A DNA stretch of 64,000 bases from Eledone cirrhosa (lineage: Eukaryota), in assembly GCA_964016885.1 (NCBI GenBank), contig OZ024761.1:31496001-31560000 (forward strand). The letters are read 5' to 3'. The notes beneath the pieces are model-generated. The model was not told where the DNA came from, made no database searches, and worked only from the letters and a program-made list of their open reading frames with translations. Made by a program: the position numbers and the translations under genes. Shown piece by piece: positions 55,230-64,000 of this stretch; the stretch's first letter is position 1, and every line of letters starts with the position of its first letter.

Positions 55230-56460
55230 TTGAAAGCCAATGTCACTCATGTGTAACCGTTTCCATCATGTCCAGTTGAAGGCCAGTGTCACCCATGTGT
55301 AACCGTTTCCATCATGTCCAGTTGAAGGCCAGTGTCACCCATGTGTAACTGTTTCCATCATGTCCAGTTGAAGGCCAGTGTCACTCATGTGTAACCGTTT
55401 CCATCATGTCCAGTTGAAGGCCAGTGTCACCCATGTATAACTGTCTCTATCATGTCCAGTTGAAGGCCAGTGTCACTCATGTGTAACCGTTTCCATCATG
55501 TCCAGTTGAAGGCCAGTGTCACTCATGTGTAACCGTTTCCATCATGTCCAGTTGAAGGCCAGTGTCACCCATGTGTAACCGTTTCCATCATGTCCAGTTG
55601 AAGGCCAGTGTCACCCATGTGTAACGGTTTCCATCATGTCCAGTTGAAGGCCAGTGTCACCAATGTGTAACCGTTTCCATCATGTCCAGTTGAAGGCCAG
55701 TGTCACCCATGTGTAACTGTTTCCATCATGTCCAGTTGAAGGCCAGTGTCACTCATGTGTAACCGTTTCCATCATGTCCAGTTGAAGGCCAGTGTCACCA
55801 ATGTGTAACCGTTTCCATCATGTCCAGTTGAAGGCCAGTGTCACTCATGTGTAACCGTTTCCATCATGTCCAGTTGAAGGCCAGTGTCACTCATGTGTAA
55901 CCGTTTCCATCATGTCCAGTTGAAAGCCAATGTCACCCATGCATAACCGTTTCCATCATGTCCAGTTGAAGGCCAATGTCACCCATGCATAACCGTTTCC
56001 ATCATGTCCAGTTGAAGGCCAATTTCACCCATGTGTAACCGTTTCCATCATGTCCAGTTGAAGGCCAGTGTCACCCATGTATAACTGTCTCTATCATGTC
56101 CAGTTGAAGGCCAGTGTCACTCATGTGTAACCGTTTCCATCATGTCCAGTTGAAGGCCAATGTCACCCATGCATAACCATTTCTATGATGTCCAGTTGAA
56201 GGCCAGTGTCACTCATGTATAACTGTTTCTATCATGTCCAGTTGAAGGCCAAAATCACTCATATATAACCGTTTCCATCATGTCCAGTTGAAGGCCAATG
56301 TCACCCATGCATAACCATTTCTATGATGTCCAGTTGAAGGCCAGTGTCACTCATGTATAACTGTTTCTATCATGTCCAGTTGAAGGCCAAAATCACTCAT
56401 ATATAACCGTTTCTATCATGTCCAGTTGAAGGCCAATGTCACTCATGTGTAACCGTTTGA
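55230..56460. repeat. 46-bp minisatellite, ~26 copies
   Basis: CCAGTTGAAGGCCAGTGTCACCCATGTGTAACCGTTTCCATCATGT at 55272, 55318 and onward. Confidence 0.97.
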
Positions 56461-56559
56461 AAGCTAGTGCCACCTATGTTTTTCTGTTTATTTGAAAGCC
56501 AACGTCACCCATATTTATGTCTCTATTGTGTCCGGTTGAAAGTGGATGCCACTCCTATT

Positions 56560-57102
56560 TACAGGAGAATATGACTGTATGTTACAACGACCGTCCTGAC
56601 ATCTCCACCAGGAGTTACGACTGTGTTACGACTGTATCTTACAACGGTGTCTCTCCCCACGTCTTCATCAGGCGTTACGGGAGAATTCGGATGTACGTAG
56701 CGACGGCGTCCAGACGTCTTCACCAGGAGTTACGACTGTGTTACAACGGCGTCTCTCTCCGACGTCTCCGCCAGGAGTTACGACTGTGTTACAACGGCGT
56801 CTCTCTCCGACGTCTCCACCAGGAGTTACGACTGTGTTACAACGGCGTCACTCCCCCACGTCTTCATCAGGCGTTACGGGAGAATTCGGCTGCACGTAAC
56901 GACGACGTCCCCTCGTTTCCACCTGAAGTTACATGTGGTTACAACTGTATGTTAAATCGGTGTCACTACCCACGACTTCATCAGACGTTACGGGAGAATA
57001 TGGTTGTACGTTACGACGGCGTCTCGGCGTCACGCCTCACGTCTTCATCAGGCGTTACGGGAGAATGTGTTTGTACGTCCCGACATCTCTACCAGGAGTT
57101 AT
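56560..57102. repeat. CpG-rich ~48-bp degenerate tandem repeat
   Basis: CAGGAGTTACGACTGTGTTACAACGGCGTCTCTCTCCGACGTCTCCAC units alternating with CAGGCGTTACGGGAGAAT variants. Confidence 0.85.
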
Positions 57103-57298
57103 AGGTCCATAGGTTATGAGCATGTCCCGATTAAAAACGTGTTTCCACTCTAAATACTATATTTTCTTTTCAACCTTTGCCTATAGTCGATCACATTACT
57201 GAAATACAAGAAAGATATTGTCAATTTATCCTTTGTCGATGAAAGCTCTTCATATGACTACAGTTATTTTTTTATCTTTCTGTTTTTCTTTCTGTTTT

Positions 57299-57381
<83 letters not shown>

Positions 57382-58139
57382 CTGACTCCCTCTCTCTCTG
57401 TTTACTTTGGCATAGTTCACTCTTACCAAAAACGTCTCATTTTTGTAAAGTGTGAATGTGTGTATGTATTTGTGTGTAAGTATGTGTGTGTATGCATGTT
57501 CGTAAAATTAACGTGTAAGTTGCTGACACACCATCACAGTACACACCACACCACAACAGACACAACACTACATTCTAGAGATACAACACACCATCAGAGT
57601 ACACACACACCTCAACACAACACACCAGACATCAAGCACAACACTACATACTAGTGATAGAACAATACATAGATCTGAATTGAGAGCGAGGAGAGATTTG
57701 GTTTCGCCAACACTCACCACACTACAACACACACCACACCACAACAGACAACACACACAACACAACATTCTAGAGATACAACACACCATCACAGTACACA
57801 CACATACCACAACACACGCCACACCATTACAGTACACACACACACACCATCACAGTACACACACACCAAACAACACACCACACCAAACAACACACCACAC
57901 GACACACAACAACACAACACAACACAACACAACAGACAACAGACATAACACTACATACTACAGACAGAACAACACATAGATCTGAGACCTTATAGAAGAG
58001 AGTGAGGAGAGATTTGGTTTCGCCAATTTCAATGGCCACGAAGAAAAATCTGTGAAGAGTTTCTAAAAATAAACCATTGAATTAGTCAACTGGTGTTTAT
58101 TGATTTTTACTGTAGAACACTATAGAGCAGCTGACTAGC

Positions 58140-60375
58140 ATTGGCTGTGGTAGTAATAGTAATGGTGGTGTTGGTGGTGGTAGTGGTGGTGGTAGCAGTG
58201 ATGGTGGTAGTGGTACTAGTAGCAGTGGTGGTAGCAGTGGTGGTGGTGGTAGTAGTAGTAGTAAAGCTAACAATAGCAACAACAAAATTAATCGCAGCAT
58301 TAGAGCTAACAACACTAGCAGTAGTTAACAACAGTAGTGCTAACAACAACAGCAGCAGCAGTAGTGCTAACAACAACAGCAGCAGCATTAGAGCTAATAA
58401 CAACAGCAGCAGTAGAGCTAATAACAACAGCAGCATTAGAACTAATAACAACAGCAGCAGTAGTGCTAATAACAACAGCAGCAGCATTAGAACTAACAAC
58501 AACAGCAGCAGCATTAGAGCTAATAACAACAGCAGCAGTAGAGCTAATAACAACAGCAGCATTAGAACTAATAACAACAGCAGCAGTAGTGCTAATAACA
58601 ACAGCAGCAGCATTAGAACTAACAACAACAGCAGCAGCATTAGAACTAATAACAACAGCAGCAGTAGTGCTAATAATAACAACAGCAGCATTAGAACTAA
58701 CAACAACAGCAGCTTCAGAGTTAATAACAGCAGCATTAGAACTAATAACAACAGCAGCAGTAGTGCTAATATTAACAACAGCAGCATTAGAACTAACAAC
58801 AGCAGCAGCAGTAATGCTAATAATAACAGCAGCATTAGAACTAACAACAACAGCAGCAGTAGTGCTAATAATAACAACAGCAGTATTAGAACTAACAACA
58901 ACAGCAGCAGTAGTGCTAATAATAACAGCAGCATTAGAACTAACAACAACAGCAGCAGTAGTGCTAATATTAACAACAGCAGCATTAGAACTAGCAACAA
59001 CAGCAGCATTAGAACTAACAACAACAGCAGCAGTAGTGCTAATAATAACAGCAGCATTAGAACTAGCAACAACAGCAGCAGTAGTGCTAATAATAACAGC
59101 AGCATTAGAACTAGCAACAACAGCAGCATTAGAACTAACAACAACAGCAGCATTAGAGCTAATAATAACAAAACAGCAGTAGTGCTAATAATAACAACAG
59201 CATTAGAACTAACAACAACAGCAGCATTAGAGCTAACAATAACAAAACAGCAGCAGTAGTTAAAAAACAGCAGCAATAGCAACAGTAGCAGCGTTATAGC
59301 TAACAGCAGCAGCTGCTGGAACTAACAACAACAGCAGCTTTAGAGCTAATAACAACAGCAGTAGAACTATAATAACAGCAGCACTAACAGCAGAACTCAC
59401 ACTAACAACAACAGCCGCAGCAGCATTAGAACTAACAATAACAACAGCAGCAGTAGAGTTAATAACAACAGCAGCAGTAGAGCTAATAACAACAACAGCA
59501 GTAGAATTAATAACAACAGCAGCAGTAGAGCTAATAACAACTCAGCAGTAGTAGAGCTAATAACAGCAGCAGCAACATTAGAGCTAATAATAACAGTATC
59601 AGCAGTAACCCAAACAGCAACATCGGCAGCAGTAGTACTAACAAAGCAGCAGCAGCATTAGAACTAACAACAACAATAACAACAACAGCAGCAGTAGAGC
59701 TAAGAATGGTTTCTCATATAGGCACAAGGCCAGCAATTTTGGGAGAAGGGAAAGTCGATTAAATCTACCCCAGTGTGTGACTGGTACTTTATTTTATCGG
59801 TCCCGTAAGGATGAAAGGCAAAGCTAATCTCGGCGGGATTTGAACTCAGAACGTAAAGGTCCGTATCTCTATGCTGCAAAGCATGACGTCCGGCGCTCTA
59901 CCGTTACTGTCAATCCACCGCCCTAGCATTGAAGCTAATGACAGCAGCAACACGAGTAGAACTAACAACAGCATCAACAACAGTAACAACAGCAACAGCA
60001 ATGATATTAACTGCAGTAGCATTTAACAACAACAACAGCAGTACCAATACTAATAGTAACAGTAACATTCACAACAGCAGCAACAGCAGCAGTAACATTC
60101 ACAACAGCAGCAACAACAGCAGCAGTAACATTCACAACAGCAGCAACAACAGCAGTAACATTCACAACAGCAGCAACAGTAACATTCACAACAGCAGCAA
60201 CAGCAGCAGTAACATTCACAACAGCAGTAACATTCACAACAGCAGCAGTAACATTCACAACAGCAGCAGTAATATTCACAACAGCAGCAACAACAGCAGT
60301 AACATTCACAACAGCAACAGTAATAACAACACTACCACCACCACCATCATCATCATTGACAACAATAACAACAAC
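58140..60375. repeat. (AAC/AGC)-derived minisatellite field
   Basis: AGCAGCATTAGAACTAACAACAAC and AGTAACATTCACAACAGC units. Confidence 0.9.
59706..59922 (-). mobile_element. Full-length SINE, longer subfamily
   Basis: Head, core and the extra GTCGATTAAATC insert also seen at 12447, 42797 and 63767. Confidence 0.88.
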
Positions 60376-60501
60376 GCTGGAACTCTCCTTTATCATAGAG
60401 AGAAGTGAGCTTGTTACAAACAATCATTGTAAATGTAGGATTATCTATACTGTGTGTAAACATATATTTTCTATAAACTGGTATCAACAGCTACAATCTT
60501 G

Positions 60502-60534
<33 letters not shown>

Positions 60535-60536
<2 letters not shown>

Positions 60537-60712
60537 AAAAAGTATGACCCCGACGGCAGAGCTCAAGCCGTTTCGAGTCTAGAAATAGCCGTCGAAACGG
60601 CTTGATCTTTGCCGTCGAGGTCATATTTTTCCCTATTACCCACTCTACTGCCCTAAGTATTGAGTACTCTGGTGCGTTATGGTCCAGCTGGTTCCTTACC
60701 ACAATTCCTTCG

Positions 60713-60713
<1 letters not shown>
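60535..60713 (+). mobile_element. Foldback element, family G, with an HHR 3' half
   Basis: Arms 60535-60576/60592-60632; GAAA-CGGC ttgatcttt GCCG-TC at 60594-60616; TA tracts on both sides. Confidence 0.7.
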
Positions 60714-60748
<35 letters not shown>

Positions 60749-60753
<5 letters not shown>

Positions 60754-60933
60754 GTTATTCCGGGTTGAATCGGAGGTAACCACAGTAAGTAAGGTACTCA
60801 ATACATTGCAGAGTATAAAAGTTTTAATATAGATGAGATTCTACAGGACTAGAACTGTTTCATTCTTTAGAAATCATCAGAGATTCCTGATGATTTCTAA
60901 AGAATGAAACAGTTCTAGTCCTGTAGAATCTCA

Positions 60934-60940
<7 letters not shown>
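60749..60940. mobile_element. Foldback element, family D; HHR at 60880-60932 (+)
   Basis: Perfect ~55-bp arms around a 6-nt loop; GAGATTC-CTGATGA-tTTC taaa GAAt-GAAA-CAG ttctagtc CTG-TA^GAATCTC. Confidence 0.85.
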
Positions 60941-60975
<35 letters not shown>

Positions 60976-61327
60976 GGTATAATAGTTCCAGTTGTTTGAT
61001 AAACGTTCCAGCCTGGTCGTGTAATTAACATGTAAGCAGTTGAGCATTCCACAGACACGTGAACTTTTAACATAATGCTCAGGGAGATTCAGCGTTACAC
61101 AATATACGACGATGTAACAGAGATGTGAAGTTTACAACTTTCCCCTTTCTGCAGTTTGTCTAAACGTGTGTTCAGTGTTTGCCTGATAGAACAAAACTTC
61201 ATTCATTTAAACTGTGGACGTTTTTGCTTGGTAAAGATGGTTTTCGAAACTCAATGATTTATGGCGTTGTTAGTGATATATAGATATATAAATACACATG
61301 ATGCTTGTACACTTGTATCTTGGAGTT

Positions 61328-61362
<35 letters not shown>

Positions 61363-61408
61363 TTGTGTGTTTGTGACGTAAGCGCTGATCGGAAATGTGT
61401 TCTGATTA

Positions 61409-61442
<34 letters not shown>

Positions 61443-61494
61443 ATATTAATGTGTATGAGTGATGGTCATTTTATATACATACATATATACATAC

Positions 61495-61525
<31 letters not shown>

Positions 61526-61589
61526 AATACATATGCATGTATGTAAATATATGTGTGTGTGTGTATATATATATGTGTGTGTGTGTGTG

Positions 61590-61628
<39 letters not shown>

Positions 61629-61857
61629 ATGTATATATATGTATATAAATGTATATATACGTGTGGGCGTGTATGTATATGTATGTATGTGTATATATAT
61701 ATGTGTGTGTGTATATAATGGAAATTAGGAAAATCGTTAGTACAGTAAGATATATTATAGATATATTATAAAAAAAAAAAGAGAATTACTTTATTGGCAG
61801 TTGGTATACTTTAATAATCCAATGTTTTACTACTAGTCATTTTGGTTCACACACACG

Positions 61858-61909
<52 letters not shown>

Positions 61910-61911
61910 CA

Positions 61912-61976
<65 letters not shown>

Positions 61977-62041
61977 ACACACACACATACACACACACAC
62001 ATACACACACACACATACACACACATACACACATACATATA

Positions 62042-62105
<64 letters not shown>

Positions 62106-62449
62106 AAACACGCATCTGTAGTAAAATCTCATAAGAATTCACATCACCCATGCACTTATACAGTTACACATACGTGTGAGAGAAAGAAGGGGTGAAGAAC
62201 TGTGATGCGTGGGCGCATTTGTGAATATCATTGCACCAGACGACAGTTAAAAGAACACATCTTTTCCATTCCAACATTTCTCTTGTCTCTCTCTCTCCCT
62301 TTCGCCCATTCTCTGTCTAACTATCTATATATCTATTTGTCTGTCTGTCTGTCTAACCAGCTAGCTGTCTATCTTTCCATATATGTATATATATATATAT
62401 ATATATATACTGTGACTCGGTATACAACAATTTCTATACTTTTCATTTA

Positions 62450-62490
<41 letters not shown>

Positions 62491-62564
62491 TCTCTGACAC
62501 GGTATATATATATGACTTAAATCCTAGTTATTCTTTATTCTTATATATCTATATTCTTATATAT

Positions 62565-62992
62565 CTATCTAAGGTGGGTAAAATTCCCGAGATCCATGGA
62601 CGAGCTCTCTCCAGCGGTCTCTGTCCCTCATTATCGCTGCCATGTCCTGCATCTCCAACAGACCAGTGTCTGTCCTTAGGGCATCAACATACGTTAACCT
62701 TGGTCTTCCTCTTCTAATGTGTCCATGCAGGGGCTCCCAAAGGAGCACTGAGCTGTAGTGTAGTGTGTGCTGCTGTATGGGTCTGAGACTTGGACACTGA
62801 CCAAGAAACTCACTCAGATGGTGGATGGGTGCTACACGAGAATGCTGAGGATGGCTCTGAACATTGATCAGTGTACACTGGGGATGAGAAACTCGGGGCT
62901 GTATGGGAACATCCCAAGAGTCAGCTCGGGAGTGACACGGGGGAGACTGGGGTTGGCTGGACATGCTCACCGACATCCGGGGTTGACATTCT
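62565..62992 (-). mobile_element. RTE-like LINE 3' end with a 5' inversion
   Basis: + strand 62767-62990 encodes LLYGSETWTLTK..DGCYTRMLRMALNI..LAGHAHRHP; - strand 62755-62569 encodes the continuation VLLWEPLHGHIRRGRPRLTYVDAL..DRDRWR. Confidence 0.88.
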
Positions 62993-63028
<36 letters not shown>

Positions 63029-63166
63029 ACATATACACATATATATATACACACATATATATATACACATATATATATATATACACATTATATATATATA
63101 CACATATATATATATACACATTATATATATACACTCATATATATATATACACATTATATATATACA

Positions 63167-63277
63167 CTCAAATCCCGCCGGGGTTAACTTTGCCTTTCAT
63201 CCTTGCGGGGTCGATAAAATAAAGTACCAGTAATACACTGGGTAATTGCTTGCCTTGTGCCAAAAGTAGAAACAATT
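63167..63277 (+). mobile_element. 5'-truncated SINE
   Basis: Core and tail, within a TA tract. Confidence 0.88.
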
Positions 63278-63716
63278 ATATATATACACTCATCTCTCTG
63301 GCTCTTGGTACGTTGCGAGACTGAGACAATTTTGTTTTTAAGCTATTTAAAACCACTCGACTAAAATGGTTTTCATTACGCTTGTAGGAATTTGATCGGT
63401 CTAGTGGCGTTGCTAGTGGAAGACTGCTCACTTCACAAGCTTGCCGTCCTTTCAATCCGACATCCATTATAAACGAGTGTTGTTTGCGTGGATGGGACAT
63501 GTATATAACAAAACTGGCTAAAAATGGCGTCCATTATCTCCGACAACATTCAGACATGAAATATAAATGAGGAAACTATTTATTCTGTTTGTCAACTTCC
63601 CGCTGCTTCAGAATAAATTTTTTTCTAATTGCTCGCTCTCTCTATCATATAGAGTTTCACACAAATCTGATCATCTTTACATAAAAAAAAATAAGAAATT
63701 TTGAAAATCTAAAACA

Positions 63717-64000
63717 ATGGTTTCTGATTTAGGCACAAGACCATCAATTTTTGGGGTAAGGGCAAAGTCGATTAAATCGACACCAGTGTGTTACTGGTAC
63801 TTTATTTTATCGACCCTGTAAGGATGAAACCTGGGCAGGATTTGAACTGAGAACCCTAGAATGCTTGCCTTGTAATACTTGTTTCTACTTTTGGCACAAG
63901 GCCATAAATTACCCAGTGCATTACTGGTACTTTATTTTATCGACCCCGTAAGGATGAAAGGTAAAGTTAACCTCGGCGGGATTTGAACTCAGATCATAAA
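63717..64000 (-). mobile_element. Two adjacent SINE copies (63717-63855 and 63879-64000)
   Basis: Conserved cores and tails; the second runs off the end of the window. Confidence 0.88.

Noticed and set aside
56660-57055. Several TCATCAG (minus-strand CTGATGA) hits
   Set aside because: Part of a tandem repeat, with no correctly placed GAAA or stems
56517-57104. 195-aa ORF with RRLHQELRLCYNGVS repeats
   Set aside because: Product of a 48-bp tandem repeat; no recognisable domain
58107-59282. Asn/Ser- or Thr/Ala-rich ORFs resembling mucin or antifreeze proteins
   Set aside because: AAC/AGC minisatellite open in multiple frames; the same field is interrupted by a SINE and by stops

Overview
AT-rich, repeat-dominated eukaryotic DNA with no recognisable host exon. 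The tRNA-headed SINE containing CCTTTCATCCTTACGGGGTCGATAAAATAAAGTACCAG (about 15 copies or fragments) and the microsatellite load point to an octopod cephalopod (inference). Nearly all ORFs in the track are microsatellite artefacts. Real coding relics are a Penelope-like element (PLE) GIY-YIG C-terminus, two L1/Tx1-like 3' ends, an R4/Dong-like RLE element and RTE-like fragments. Mariner-type MITEs and minisatellites (32, 46, 48, 55 and 64 bp units) are also present. The main signal is a set of about a dozen short non-coding islands sitting inside (TA)n tracts. They belong to several sequence-distinct families, most are foldback (inverted-repeat) structures, and most carry hammerhead ribozyme (HHR) motifs, often in both polarities. 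I paired their stems by eye. Variants include a recurrent CAGAAGA core, a U-U pair at the base of stem II, and an approximately 80-nt stem II. These are best read as a dense population of non-autonomous PLE pLTR/retrozyme-like elements. Ribozyme activity is untested.
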